A DNA stretch of 64,000 nt from Paraspadella gotoi (Eukaryota > Animalia > Chaetognatha): the NCBI GenBank assembly GCA_051294375.1, contig CM119268.1, forward strand, positions 12,342,493 through 12,406,492. Reading direction: 5' to 3'. This document shows positions 39,801 through 54,880 of this stretch, piece by piece; position 1 is the first letter of the stretch; each line of letters begins with the position of its first letter. The notes beneath the pieces were generated by a model, which worked only from the letters and a program-made list of their open reading frames with translations, ran no database searches and was not told where the DNA came from. The position numbers and the translations under genes are program-made.

Positions 39801-42800
39801 TATTTACTTGTTGACGAATTAAATTTGGAAACTCCCATCAATAACACTGGCCATTCGTCTCTCTCTCTCTCTCTCTCGAACAACCAATTTTCAATTATCT
39901 TCCAGCTCAAAAAGCTAAAAATACGAAAGGCGGATATTGTTTTAAAGTCGAGTTCCACGTAAGAAATCTTTCTTCTTATTTGTTTTTTTTTTTCTTCTAT
40001 TTTCTTTCGTCTCCTTTTTATTTTCTTCTTCTCCTTCTTTTTCTTCTTCTCTCGCCGCGGTTTAAAACTGTTACAGCAATTAAAACCGATTGTATGATGT
40101 TTTGGGCTTGGCATTTTTTGCCTCCGAAAATCCCTCGACGGAAATTTGCGTGAAGGCAGTTAGTCGTATTGAGAGAAATCCGAGATATAGAACGTGGACA
40201 AAGAAGATCGTCACCTGCGACAGGAAGCCAGTGTGATAAGAAAAGGAAAACATATGATTATGAATTTTTAAAATTCTTAATCGAAAGAAATCGAATGAAA
40301 AAATATACCGAGAGGTCGTACCTAAGTAGTAAAAAACGGCTAAGACCCAAAGGATCTTATAGGCAAGATTAGCCACTCTTTGGATACATTTTGAAACCAG
40401 CCAAGGACGACAGAGAAAATGTTTAAAGAGACTTTACACAGAAGATGGCAATTCGAATATATTTAAGCCAGCAAAAGGAAGATGCCTTCGAATCATTGAG
40501 GACAGCCAATAAGACCGATAACGAAAATGGAAAGAAAGGAGTCTTTTTGGAGATGGCGGCCAATTCGGATATTAGGCCAGCGAAAGAGGACCAAAAAAAA
40601 TGGCACAAAGGAGAGTTCTTCTGCAAGAAAGAGTCTTTAGGGAAGATGGGCAAATTGGGATATTGAGGGAGGCAGCAACCGACCGACGAGAGAAGATGGC
40701 AAGAAATTAAGGAGGAGAGAAAACGAAGGCAAAATTGCCAGCGACGATTAAATAGATTTGATAATCTGGATTTGACGCGCGCTTCAGGTATCAAGAGGCC
40801 GAAGATGGAAAGAGATTCATTTTCTCTTTTGTTTTGGCGAGAGAAGAAGAGAAGGAAAGATAAGAGAGAGAGAGGGGATAAAGATAAGTCAAAGATTTCC
40901 TCATGGTCGCCTTTAGTGAGGGAGACAGACAAAGCAGGTATGAAAAAGACATTTTAATGTACTTTAGTATTTGTAACAACAATATTGGTTGTACTATCTT
41001 TAAATGCTTGTATGTTCATAAACATTGGCGTTTACGTTCGTTCTTTTTTTGTTTCACTTAAGTATATGAGAAAAAAATTTGGAATATTCTTTACTATCTA
41101 CAGCTTGAGAATTTTAGATAAAGTCAAAGTACAATTTTCTCTTACTTATATAATTCTGTTCTTTGAAATATTTAATTTTACAACACTTGTTTAACGTACC
41201 AGAGTACCGAATAGGAAAATTCTTTTGTCCGAAGAGGACTTGAAAAGTTGTTACAAACTTAATCTGACAACAATTTGATGATTTAAACTGTCATCTCGTG
41301 ATTGCAAATAATGGAAAAAGTTTCGATGAGCAAAAATTCGCGAATCGAAGTCAAACCGCATAACCCCACTCGCTTTTGTAGCAATCTTGCGGCATCCTCA
41401 AAACGAACCTCTGAGGCATGATTCAGCAGCTTCAGCTCGAGACGAGAGCAGCGAAGTCATTGAAGATTCAGACCAACTGGCGACGTCGATTGGATTCCCT
41501 ATTGGCATTCTACCTCGGGGTCTCGTTGGTAAAGATAGAGAGAGAGAAGATGAGCGACGAGAGAGAGAGAGGTCTTTACCAGAATGTTTAGAGGCTCGAC
41601 TCAAGGTTTCCCACGGAATTCTCGTGATTAAATAATGTTTTTTCCCCGTAGCTTTTAAAGTTTTAAGGTTTTCTTTCTAAGCCTTAAAAAAATAGTTTTG
41701 CGAAATTATAGTAGTATTCTTTTTTTAAATTCCCGAGGACGTTGTAGTATTGATTAAAGACAAGGGAAAAATTAATAAAACAAAAAGTAAGTGAGATGTG
41801 TGTGTGAGCTAGTATACTATGACGGACGACGACGAGACGACACGATAAAATTCTTTGAAACGACTTGAGCCACCGGATTACGGATTACCTCTCGCATATT
41901 CGTTGTTTTTGAATTCTTCGTCGATCGGAAGAGAACAAAAACATATTTCGAAACACATTAAAGAAAGATTTTCAAATAAAAAAGACATTCCGCTCTGATG
42001 GAAGAGTGAGTGAATCGGTTGGAGAAGAGAAGATGAGAGAGAGAGAGAGAGGGAGGATTTTAAGAGGGACATGGTGACGAAAAAAATGAGTTAGAAGCTA
42101 ATGTAGTAAATGAGGATTGAGAAGGAGTATTGATAAGTAAGAGAGAAAGATGAGAGAGGAGAAGATGACTAGAGAATGAGAGAGATCCACGAAGAGAAGA
42201 GAGAGAGAGAGAGAGAGAGAGAAGAGAGAGAGAGGAAAGAGGGAGACAAGTTTGAAGACTAAGGAAAACTGATGAAGGAAAAATGGCGAGCTCAGCTGCG
42301 GGCGATTGCGCACTCCCAGTTGGAGGAAGGATTTCCCTCTAGAAGGGTGGAGTTGATACCAAGAGGTCGATACTGGTGCTTTTTAGTTGATATGGTGGTT
42401 TGGGACGGAGAAGTAAGATACGAATAAATTAAATTTGAGGTGTTAATTTGTTCGTAAATTATATTTTACGAATACTGCTCACATGCAATACAAATTCATT
42501 AAGATACACATATATGAAATTGGTACAACCAATATATATTATTATTATATTATCATACTCAAACGGAAAATGAGCTGTACGTGCGGGAATTTAAAAAAAA
42601 ACACCAGTATATTTACATAGATTACTGGTCAACCCTGTAGTATTCAAAAAGCGAGAATTGGGACGAGAAAGTTGATAAGAAAAAAGCAGTAGCATGAGTC
42701 ATTTGATGGCTGCTGAAAAGGTTGAATGTGGCTAAATAGTGATGGTGTGACAAACGGATTTTGCATGGGTTGAAAAGAATGATTGGATGACGAGAATGAG

Positions 42801-44004
42801 AGTAGGAAAAAGAGAAAGACTTCTCAAAAGAAATTATGAAAAAAACAACAAGAAATAGAAAAGGAAGATACTCGGTAGAAGGGGATCAGGATGGGGCTGA
42901 TGGACAGATCGGGGAAAAAAATTGTGCGGGAACAGTTGATGGGGTAAGTGAGGAAAAAAATGCGGAGAACGGAGATCGAGGGCTCGCCAAGTGCGGATGA
43001 TCCTGCTAATTCATCCAAAATTAGCTTAAGCGCTGGAAAGATGGAAGAGACAAAGGAAGAGAGAGCAGAAGAGAGAAGAGAGAGAGAGACGCATGAGAGA
43101 GAGAACGAGAGGAGAGGAGAGAGGGATTAGAAAAAGTGCCACACATAATATTGTACGAGTAGCCTAGAAAGAGAAGGGACCATAACTAGTAAGTTGGGTA
43201 AGTTCATTAACTAACCTAAAATAAACTTATGACGCTCCAAATACCATAAAATGATAATGTCTCTTCTCTCTATGTCATAATAAAGCAAATATTAATTTTC
43301 CCTATCATTCTTAGCTAGTTACAATGTTGTTTGACATAAATTTTTATTTTATATTAAAATACGAAAATGTCCGCATTAAGCTCTTACCATTAGATGGCAT
43401 CAGCTGTTCGCTTGAGAAGCGTAACATACGAAGCACGAGATTCATTCATTCTCGTCAAACCCAGCCCCAATCCCGCGGCACAGTCTCGACTTGTTTAAAT
43501 ACACCGTCAAGCAAATCCGATGATGCGATAGAAACCAGTGCCAATAGCACGTGAGAGAGACTTACTTTCAGATTTTTTTAAAATGATAAACACTTCTTTG
43601 ATCAGTATTTCTTGTATAAATTTATTACCTTCTACATTAAACACTACTTCAAATATTATCTTCTTTCACAAATGATGTAAATCGCCCAAATTGTCGGCCA
43701 CGTATTTGTATTTCTATATTTTGCTTAACAAATAATTAGATATTAATATATATTTACGATAGTTATAATTACTTTTCTTTGTATACAGTCGATTTGGTTC
43801 ACGGTGATCGCCCCCTGGGGTTAATTATTTAAGATTATCGTTAGTCTACAGTCTGACTGAAATTGTTCCTTTTAAAAAACATTACACTCTGTCTCGCTTT
43901 TCTCTCTCTTTTTGTTTTCAGTCTTTTAAATCTTCTTTTCTCTCTCTACTTCCTCTCTCCTCTCTCTCTTCTCCTCTCTCTCTTCTCTCTCTCTCTCTCT
44001 CTCT

Positions 44005-44035
<31 letters not shown>

Positions 44036-47004
44036 CTCTCAATGTCTCCGTCTCTTTCTAACGTCTCCCCGGACCATCTTGTCTCTTAGTGTTCTTTTGT
44101 CATTCTAGTCATTGGAAGCAACTTTGTTGAAAAGATTTCCTACCCCGGGATTTTAGTTGCTCATCAGAATCCTCAGAATTAATCTCCCCCTCCTCCTCAT
44201 TCTCTTCCCCTCCTCTTCTCGCTCGGCGGGCTCTCCATTCCTTCGTCTTTCTCCTATTTATTTTCCTTTGTGTTATCTCGCTCTCTTCTTTTTTGTTTTC
44301 CCCTCTTGTCTTTCTGTTTCAGTTTCACGTTCCTTCTTTCTCGTCAGACTTTAAGCTTTGCTTTATGTTTTGTCGGTTTGCGTTTGTTCTTTTTTTATTT
44401 TCCACTTCGTTAGTGTTTCTTTCTTTAATTCTGATTTTCGTTTCTCGCCTTGTGTTTTTTTCGGTTCATTTAAATTTTCTTTTTTAGCCGAAAGTTAAGC
44501 CAAAGGCGCCGCCACAAGTCGACGCCCGCGCCCAACGACGCCGCCGGGGATCTCTCTCTTCGACCCTGGCGGCGTTTGCGTCAGCTGCTGCCGCCGGAGC
44601 AAAGGTCATTTTAGCAGAAAGAGCAGAGAGAGAGCGAAAAAAAAAGATTCCAATACAATATAGACTCTCGTTTTAGGACAATAAATAACTAAGTCCAACT
44701 AATCAGTTTTTTTTGCTTGTTATTTTTCTTGACTGATCAGGAAACATTTATTTTTAGCTCATATATCGCGATATCATTCGTGCTAAAGGAGAAAAACCTA
44801 AAAGGGAAAACAGATGCAGCTAATCCGAGTTAAAAATTCGATATCCAACAAAGTATTTAGCTCAAACATAATAACAAATAGCGTCTTGAGAACGACGAAA
44901 AAAAAAAAGTGAACTACTGCAATCATTAGCAAGCGACGCCAAGACTAAAACAGGACAGCAAAGTAGAAATACAAATCAGCGGCATTAGCCGCGAAATAAA
45001 ACGCGGCGAAAAACTCGAGAGAGAGAAAAAGAAAGGAAATTAATAATTAATCGTTGTAAGCAGTGAGAAAGTAAAAAGGCGCGCGCTAGGACAATGCGAT
45101 AGCATAAATGATTTCAAAAGCATGGACGTCGCATGTTCAACTGAAATTATTTGCCTTAAAGGAATTCCTCAACTGTAGGACGCGTAAAATGAGATAAAAA
45201 TGGCGTTAATCTTTGACTGCTTGGTGATTTCTTTTTTTCTTTTTCTCAAGATGTGCTTGAGGACTGAGTAGAGATGAGTTAACCATTGAGGCAAAGAAGA
45301 AGAAGAGAAAAAAAAAGAAAAGAAAAGAAGAGCAGAAAAGAAGAAAAGATGATAAATAAGAATAGGCTAAAACAGGAAAGTTAAAAGAAAAGACGAATTA
45401 GAGAAAACAAAAAACAAACCAAAGAACAATAAAAGTGCCCGGCCCGGGTAATCAAAAAAAACCATTAAATAAAAAGAAATGGAAAAAAAAACAAAAGAAA
45501 TTGTATTGCGTATCGTGGACAAAGTCAGATTTTGGCGAAAAAGACAATAAGAAAAAGCAGCAAGTGAAGCGATCTGAGTGCCGATAGAAAAAAAATGCGA
45601 AAAAAAAGTAAATGTAGGCCACAGGATCTTACTGTGTCATCAAACAGTTTTACCATCATCTTTAGAACGCACGAGCTCAAGTCTGGAGGAGAGAACCCAA
45701 AGGAACAATGAAAGCCGGAGCGTTAAAGAAAAGAAGAGAGAGAGAGAGAGAGAGAGAAGGAGAGAAGAGAGACGAGAGAGAAGATGATGATCGAGAGAGA
45801 GAGAGACGAGAGAGAGCAGAACGGAAAGAGACCGGGTACAATGAGGACTGAAGAATAAAGGAAATAAAAACTTCGCCATTTTCTTTTCAACTAACTACTC
45901 ATTCATCACTGAACTTTTTGCCTAATATTAGAGAAACAATGTTAAGGATTTTAAAAATAAATTATCTATTTTTAAACTTCCCAATTAGCATTCGCCTGAA
46001 TTTTCTATTCTTCCCACACTTCTCGGTTTACAAGAAAACCCAAGCTGCCTCTCCTCCTCCTCCTCTCTCTTCTTTTCGCCATTCCACGAGTTGCGCTCCC
46101 CTCTCCCATGAAAGACCAATTTATCCAAACGAAAATTCCGACACATACAACAAAAGGAAAACAGTGCTTTGTTAATAAGAGAGAGAAGAGAGACTGAGAG
46201 AGGAATGAGAGATGAGACGAGAGAGAGAGAGAGAGAGAAAGAGAACAGGAGAGAAAGGAAAGAGAGAGGAGAGAGAGAGAGAGAGCAGAGAGAAGAGAGA
46301 GAGAGAGAGAGAGATGGTGAAGCCGAGAGGGTCTCGTCGACGACAAAGAATACCTTCCGCACCAGCTATAGGCCGCGCGTCCGCCGCTGGCTTCGACTCA
46401 TGGCGGCGTCGTCGGCGGCTCGTTGCGCGCGTCGTCGGCGGCTCCGTGCGCGGCGTACGTCGGCACCATCAACAACTGCCTATATGACAAGATGGCACCA
46501 TGCGCTCATCAAAACTAAACGAACTAATGTATTTATACTGCGCTATGGAGTGCTACGGTATTTATTTAATAGTAAAAAAGAAACGGTGGAAAGAAAAGTT
46601 CCCTTAATATACACACTGATGAGAGTAAAGAGACTAGTTCTAAGACAGAAATCATCTATTAATATCTCTTTATCATCAAAGCAAATATATATATCTAAAA
46701 TATTCAAATTACAAATTAATTGTCATATCGGTACACAAGAAAAATAAACAATAACACTTAACTACTTCAAGAGGATGTAGTGGTACATTTCAAACCTTGA
46801 AACATTTTTTTGAACACTATACACTTCATCGATAGGCAAAGTCGAAGTAATCAAGACGCGAGAGAGTTCTTGATGATTTGAAAGCTCTGAGCGATATAAT
46901 ATAACTATAATAATCATAATTAAAATAATATAATAATAATAAATAATAAACTCAAAATAATATAATAATAGAATTAATTAATATAATCAAAGCCGACCGA
47001 GCCG
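32284..47004 (-). repeat. Copy C: inverted duplicate of ~1915-16040
   Basis: For example 32330-32400 is the reverse complement of ~15938-16010, and 46980-47004 of ~1915-1935. Noise rises towards 47004. Confidence 0.95.
38669..39049. mobile_element. ~380-bp insertion unique to copy C, putative non-autonomous element (MITE-like)
   Basis: Absent from A (~9625-9635) and B (~25940-25950), where the flanks are contiguous. Part of it is homologous to 315-455, and it has an internal duplication (aaattttgcc.ct..tatgactata). Confidence 0.55.
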
Positions 47005-47029
47005 NNNNNNNNNNNNNNNNNNNNNNNNN
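47005..47029. other. Assembly gap (25 N)
   Basis: N run. Confidence 0.99.
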
Positions 47030-48370
47030 GAAGAGGTTGAGGGTTTTGTGTGGGGTGAGGAAGATGACCGGGTAAGGAAGGGAAGCAGCTGCAAGTCGGG
47101 AGAGTGAAAGGAGGAGATTTAAAAAGAAGATGAGAGGAAGAAGGAAAATGATAGAATGAAAAAAGAAAGAATATATATGACTGTAAATTAATCAAAAAAT
47201 CAACGCAACAAAAAATAGAATCAGAGAAAATATTGTGATCCTCTGCCGAGACAACAAAGCTTGGGTAAGATTAAATTATTTGTAACTGTTGTACCAATTT
47301 TTTTAAAAGCCAAAGTAGCAAAATATAGAAGGAGAATCAGTTATAAGATAAAGAAGTAGAAATTGAGGGATAGGGGAAAACTAAGGAGGAGAACGAGTAA
47401 GAGACACGGAGTCTCTTTAAAAAAAAAACGACAGCCTTAGGATCCATGACAAAAAAAAATGCTGACACAAGTTGAAACTGAACAGTTAAAGGAGAATAGC
47501 GGGCGAACAATGGCCGAACGACGAACGTCAAATCGTATCATGACGATTTGTTCGTCCTTTTTATATTCGCTTTCCCTTTTTTTTTCCTTTGGGGACATGA
47601 AAAGAGGGCGCCGCTGTCTCTAGTCTCCGTTTCTCTGGATTTTTCTTTTTCTCTCTCTTTCTCCTTTTCTCTTGCTCTCTCTCTCTTTCTCTCTCCCTCT
47701 CTCCCTCTCTCTCTCACCCTCAGAGTAATACAGAAAACCGACGTGGGCCGCCAAACATCGTAATCGTCGACGCGTCACTGCGTCTCGCTCTCTGTCGACG
47801 CGGCCCCTCGCGTTGCGTTCGGTGCTGATTGCGGCGGCGGAGGCGGCGTCGACAGCAGCAGCTGCAGCGCGCGGACCGACTCCCGAGAGAACGACACTTT
47901 AAGGTTATTTGTAGGTCGGTCAGTCGGCGATGTTTCATCAATAGGCATTCATAAATAGTTATGCTAAAAAAGTCTATAAAACGCACCTTTAATACTCTAT
48001 TTGTTTTCACGGTTTGGTAAATCTAAATACTGGAGGAATTTAAACATTCGTTTACTCTAAATCCTTGTTAAATCTTTATACTCGAAAAATCTTAACTCCC
48101 CGCTAACTCTAAATCCAAATTATACATTGTTGACGACTCGACGCCGTCGCTCTAAGGCTAAGGCTCTAAGGCTCTAAGGCTCTAAGGCCTAAGGCTCAGG
48201 GTCTAAGGCCTAAGGCTAAGGCTAAAGGCTTCCGCGCGGACCAAACTTCTTCTTTTTTTATTAGTTTTTTTTTTTTTAAATCGACGACGATAGTTTTGAT
48301 GGAGGATCCTTTAATCATTATTAATGCGGCGAAGATTTAAATATCGACGGCGGAGTGACGAACTTTTTTT
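47030..48370 (+). repeat. Fragment D: direct duplicate of ~16048-17395
   Basis: Colinear match including the CTAAGG cluster, bounded by 25-N gaps on both sides. Confidence 0.95.
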
Positions 48371-48395
48371 NNNNNNNNNNNNNNNNNNNNNNNNN
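48371..48395. other. Assembly gap (25 N)
   Basis: N run. Confidence 0.99.
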
Positions 48396-51300
48396 TTTCG
48401 CCCCTCGGGCTCCCCGTCCTGTCCTGCCCCGGCCCGGCTTTCATCCATCGCCCTCTCGATTCACCTATATTATTTCTGGCTCCCCTGCTAACCCATCTCG
48501 ACCCCTTTTCTGACCTCTCTTTCTACCCCCCAGCCCCAAAACCCCCCCCTAATCTTATGATTTATTAAAAATTCCCCTCCCCATTAAAAAATGTTTTCCG
48601 TCTCCGGTTTAACTGGATCTTGATCAATCAATATGCGATCATCCACACAGGATGGGCAGTCGTCTGAGTAGGTCTCGAGCTGTAAAGAGACCACGGAACG
48701 ACGGGTCAGAAGTTGAGCAAAATGCTCTATCAAAAGAGAAGATAGCAGGTGGGCTGTGGCTGGATAAGAGAGGCGGAAAGTTAGGATGTCAAGGACACTT
48801 AGAGGGACTCTTGGGACCCCTTCGCCATTGGACAGCCAGTGCCCATTTAGAACCGCTCTTTCCCGACTTATAAGTCTTATAGGTACGAGGCCAGGAGCAC
48901 GTAGACGTGACTCCTGATTGTGTGGCAGATACAGAGTTATCCCGTACGACCCAAATGATATAAATATGGATACTCTAGAGATTACACGGGAAAGTTTAAA
49001 AATTTTAATTTTTAACAAGACTCTATATTCCATAATAGCACTCTAATCCACCAGCGCGCATTAGACACGAGTTACATTAATAGGACGTTTATTATATCGT
49101 ATAGCACAATCCCGCTCCGGAGCAAGAAGTCCAGGAGACTAGAACTGACGTACGTCGGGAACGGGTCGGACTAAGGATATTGATAGACAGCCGACGAGCG
49201 GAGGGGCATTGACTGAACTGTTTAGTTGGACGAACTCGTTTTCCAGGCCTATTTACACACGCCCTGAGAGATTTTTTGTACTGGGACATCGGCTCCGGGT
49301 CGCTTCAGGTGGTGTCTGAATTCGTGTCCGCCTATGATCGTTCTGATGGTAGTTGACAAGCCCAGCTGTGTCTTCGGGCGACAGGCGAGTGTCTACTTAC
49401 GATGTCTCCCGATCCCCGGCTCACTTGAGTCTCACAGTTTCTAAATTAAGTCCCATCCCTTACCCTCGAAGAAACTTGTCAAAGTATCTACTCGGTGATG
49501 AATCGCACGTGCAGCCCCAACAAAGCATCGTAGCTGCGTCCTGCAACGTTCCTGTCATCTCATTCTCTCCTCGCCCGCTCCTCTCATTTCTCCTCTAGCA
49601 TCCTGAACGCAACCGTCTCTGATCGTCGGTGGCCCGCCGTCCTCGATCACAGCCGCCCGTCTCATGCCGCTGCACAGCGTTCGAACGAGAATTTAACCGA
49701 AGTGTGGCGGCCGCGACCCAGGATACTTATATCCTCGGTGGTATAATTCTCATAGAGGATAAATGAGAGAGCAGGTGAAAAGAATGGCTTTTAAGTTTAC
49801 GACGTCCGGCGCAGTGCATTTTTAAACTCGTTATGATGAGAAAAAGAGTGGACGGAGAATATCCAGAGGACCGAGAACCGAACTATGGAAGAGAGAAGGT
49901 TTGAGAAAGGGAGACAAAGAGGAGAGACGAGAAATGCCAGACGGAATGGAGACAGGAAAGCAGGCGGTAATGGAACTAGAAGAGCAAAGCGGCGCCCGTA
50001 GCTTTCCAATGTCGCCCAAAGACGGAAAAAAGAAAAAGAGGGAAAGCCAGGGAGAGAATAAAGAGGGTTGAAAGGGACAAACATGATCATCGCTCTTATG
50101 CATACGATCTTTTTGACTTTGTTTCGTGTGCGTGTCGTGATGGCCAATATATGTTACGTGACCCCTCGCTGATTCCCTTTTTAACTTCTCAAGGTTAATC
50201 AAACGGTGGCTGATCACAATTTTTGCTTCTTGTTTCATGGAAGTCTACAGGTGTGTTCTTTTATTTAAAGAAGACTCCGTGTCCTCCTTACATGCCGTTC
50301 TCCTCCTTAGTTTTCCCCTGCAATCCCTCAATTTTCTACTTCTCTTATCTTATGAACTGATTCTCCTTTCTAATAGTTTTGCTAACTATGCTTTTAAAAA
50401 AATGTGGTAACAACAGTTATCAATGAATTTAAATCTTACCAAAGCGTTTGTTGTCTCGCCAGAGGAATCACAAATATTTTCTCTGATGTCTATTTTTCTG
50501 TTGTTCGTTGATATTTTTATTACAGTGTGAGTACAGTGCAGTGAATATATTCTGTTTGTTATATATATTGTGAATGATATATGTATCTCAGTTGCATTAG
50601 GTCTGCATACTTTCCTACATGAGCATCTCTGGCGATATTGTTACAATCTACCTCCGTCTTCTAGCTCGTCAGCCGCGCTCACTTCGGCACGATCTGCCTA
50701 ATACCGGTCCCATTCGCAGTATTACCGTCGTGAGGTAGTGGTATCGCGTCTCTCACCCCAACACAAAAACCCAACAGTCCAGAAGAAGCCTCTTCATCAG
50801 AGACCTTCGGAGAATTCACCATCTGAAGTTTGGAAAATGCTGAGACGACCCATTCTCTTCATCTTTAAATCCGCTGTCGTACATGATTTACCGTCTTAAA
50901 TTAACAAACAAATTAAAAAAACGACATCCATATCACTTATAACCCAATAGTATAAAAACAAAAAAACAGAAGAAGAAAAAAAAAGGATAAACAATGAGAA
51001 TGATAGGTAACTATGTAAGACATGGGTGAAAAAAAAATTTGAGATCAATTAACAAAATATAGAAAAATTCGAAACCTCCAAAAAAAAAACAAAAAAAATA
51101 GAGAAATTAACAGTGATATGACTGTAAATTAATCAAAGATGAAATCAGAGGGGGCAAGGCGCCAGAAGCCGTGGAGGAAAGTCTCACATATTACCTAAAT
51201 ACCAAAAATAGACTACCAACCTTAGGAGGATAATCATATATATTACAAGTGCGAAATCCATTCTACTTACTTGGGCCCGCCGCACAACACAACCTCAACA

Positions 51301-54300
51301 AAAATGCCGACGCCGTTGGGAACCAGAGTTGTTCATACTAATAGATTAAAGGGTATTGTTCTAAGAACATATCCTCTATAGCATGTTATGTATTCTATGT
51401 CTGAAACTGTACGAAACAATAGCGCTCTTTTGGGTTCTCAACTCTGGTGGCCTCGTGTTTGTACCAATTCTTTGTTGTTGTTTTTCTTTTAATTTTTTTA
51501 TTAAAAAATTTAGAAACAAAATTATAAATATCCTTCTAATCCAATGTTTTATATTAAAAATTTAAATTAAAAACCCACAAACATCAAAGCCTCTAAATTT
51601 TACTGTACAGACGTGTATTTAGCAACGAAATATAGGTTAAGCGCAGCAAAGACTATTTTTTTCATAAGATTAATTGATAGACTCGTCCAAACAAGAATGT
51701 TAGCAAAGTTAAGTCTTTTAATGATAATTAAGAAGAGCGAGGAGCGTCGGGGAGAGATAGGGATCTGGGGAGAAACGAGTAGGAGGGCGGGGAGTATAGG
51801 GAAACTACTAAAAGGAGAAGTGGAGACTGGGAACCGCTACCCAGCAATAGAATGTTTTTAAGAGAGACACGGAAAAACAGATTAAAAAGTCTCTTGGTTA
51901 AAAAAAAAAAACAAAAAACACTGGAACAGCCTTAGGATCCATGACCATCGGTAAGAAGAGAAAAAATAATGATTGGGCTGGACACAAAGTTAGGGAAAGC
52001 GACTGAACAGGGTTGAAACAGAGAATATAGGCGGAGCGGGCGACGAGAACGCGGCGAAACGAAGTGTCTGAGAGAGACACGGCGAACAGACAAAATCTGC
52101 GTTCTAAATTACATAGATAAATCAATACGTCAACGTTATGTGTCCCTTGCAGCTTTCCATCGATCAAAAATATTATACGCTATTATGGCTCCCTTTCTTC
52201 TCAATAGTCCCTTGTAATGAGCTGAACTACGTGTAAGGGAGGCGAATCCGTGAATAGCGGAATAAGAGCGGGGCGGAACAACCGTCATCCAGCCCGAACG
52301 CATGTGAATCGTTCAGTTCTCCGTTCTCTCTGTCCGAGATTTTTTAGCTATCGTATCTACTGTACCTGCTACGTTCTTCGTGTGTGCCTCTCTTTATGAT
52401 ACTTCTCGTCTCTTCCCTTCTTCTCCTTCTCTTCTCCCTCGTGCGGGTGTCGCCTTCTCTCTTCCTCACTCTCTCAGCTAGTGAATGAACAGAAACCCTG
52501 ATGAAAGCCATGTGGCGCCCGGCCCCTGCATAAGCTACTCTAGGTAATCGTCGTACTCCGTCTGCGTTCACTCTGCGGTCTGGCGCTCTGCTGTACGTAT
52601 TCGCTTTTCTTTGTTCTCCCCTTCGCGTTTGCGTTTCATGCGTGGCCTGATTGTCTCGGTCTCGTGCGGAGTGCGCGGTCCTCTCTCTCTTCCTGCCTGT
52701 CGCATCCCTCTACTTCTCAGCCCTCTAGCTTGCCTCTCACACGCCGCTCGCGGACCGAGAGTACTCAATACAGAAACCGACCACCCGACACCCGTTTTGA
52801 AGGACGCTGTATTTGTAGCCGTCAGGATCCATGTCGGTGCAAGTCGATACTCGTGACTCTCGCATCGTCAACATGTACAGTCTCGGCTCCGTCCAGTCTC
52901 ATGTACGACAAGGCTCTCTTGCTGACTGGCTGTGCAGAGTTAACAGGTCGTATTGAGAACGTGGAGACCCGGTTCTGCAGACTGTCTCGCTCTTGAGCTT
53001 TTGTTTTCGACACAGCGAGTCTTTTGCAGGCGCGCTCTCTCTCGGAACGAATACTATTTCACTTCTACACAGTACTTTGTGATGAAATCGTACACTTATA
53101 ATTTCGAAAACGAAGTTTTAATAATGCGTCTTACCCGTCGCGTGGCGGTCAGGCATTGATATCTTCTAACTTCATCCAAATTATAGAGCGACTTTTGCGT
53201 CTCTGGAACAGGATCAGAGACGCATGTTCCTAAAAAGAGCGTCTAGTCTAAAAGGAACCTGCACATAACTTCTCTCATCCTAAGATACTTTCCTACAATG
53301 GCCTTAAGTGTTCTGTTATAGGCTCACCGGGTATTTGGTACCTAAATCAAAAGTAGCTAATTGCACTCTACTTCTAAGACAGCCTATATAGGCCTTGTTA
53401 GTTCACACAAATACTCCTATACATTCTTCTGATGTATAATTTTTTTAAGAGAGTTCTCTCTTTTCTTTTTTTTAAATCTAGGAAACGTCTACTTGATATA
53501 ATTTGATGATAGCGAGGATCACTGGTCGTTAAACTCCTTGAACTCTCGTACATGCGGCTCGCGGAGTCAGATTATAGAGCTAATATTGCACTCGTAACGA
53601 GAGTCGCTAAGGCTAAGGATTCTACAGAAGCATTGTGTTCTTAAATGAGAAATTTGTGTCAATCCTACAAGATGCGCGACATTAAGATATGGGTCAGTGG
53701 TCGACGGCTTATGACTGCCTCATTCGCGCGTTTTCTATTGAAGTGTGAGAGTTCTCATAAAATGTGGTTTTCTTTGAAATCGACGATCGAGCCTGATAGT
53801 TTTACGGAAGTCAGGAAGAATCACCTCCATGTAGGTAATCGCCGTGAATGGTAATCGCAAGAGCGCGCGAACGTATCTTAGATATCGCGGGCCGGGAAAA
53901 AGCGAGTGGGGGGGAGCCACGAACATGATTCTTGGGTGAGCAATGAGGATTTTTTTAACTCGAAATCCATAAGATTAGCGAATAGAGGAATAATAATTGA
54001 GAACGAGGAAGGGATTAGCTTGCATAAGAGTCGAGTTGCTACGAATAAAAGGGTTTTTTGAATTAATCTGCGTGCTCGCAGCGTCATATGCGTTAATTAT
54101 GTGGATATGTCCAGAATGAATCTTTTTCCCACCAAAGAGGGGCCGTTGGAGTGTGAATTCCTGTGCTCTTGTTTTTTTTCCTCGTTCGTCCGATTTTCCT
54201 AGATGTCCGCTTTGTCAGGTGGTATTATCATACGCGTTGGGGTTATTCTGTGCGCCAATTTGTTCTTATTTTGTTCCTCGCTGGCTTGGTCTCATAGATA

Positions 54301-54880
54301 AAAGGTAATTCAACATAGACGGAAAAGAGCGGTGTCGTAACGTGTGTGCCATTCTCATTATAAAACTGGAGTCAGCAGTGAGTTTCTGTGTGAATCATCT
54401 ACTGATGCCGGGTAATCCCTCCGCATCATTCGTTCAGTTCCTCAATGCTTTATGCTCTCCCCGCAGGCGCGTGAACAGAATGGAGCTGAGATCCGGTCTC
54501 AGCTTTGTATTTGCGTTGATCGACCTCGTCGTCGATTTTTGCATGGCTCTTTCTGACTCTTTGCTACGCTTTTACAGTACCTCATGATTGAGCTGAGATT
54601 GGAAACGATCCCACAACACCACACCGAATGTATATGTGGTTAGATTGAGATGCCTGTCGGCACGACTTTGTTCCTTACGTACGACGTTCCCAATCGAAAG
54701 TTGTCCATGTATTGCATTCTCTGCGGCAGCACGACATCGACCAGTTTATCTATCTTTTGATGGATAACGACGACCGATCGACTACACAAGACGGAGGTGC
54801 GAGATCGTCCAGGGAATGTAAGAAAAGAAAAGAGAAGAGAAGCTTCATAAGTCAGCGAGTTTTTTGATAATTGCTCCCTC
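48396..54880. other. Very low-quality sequence containing degraded re-readings of ~15300-17450 in alternating orientation
   Basis: 49305-49400 matches 15678-15760 (+). 50260-50525 matches the reverse complement of 16190-16440. 51115-51137 matches 16183-16205 (+). 51900-52050 matches 16435-16530 (+) with many inserted bases. Confidence 0.8.

Noticed and set aside
18015-47004. Giant transposon (Maverick/Polinton-like) with 14-kb terminal inverted repeats, or LTR pair
   Set aside because: There is no internal coding region, integrase, polymerase or TSD. The arms are ordinary genic or intronic DNA that is also present in copy A.
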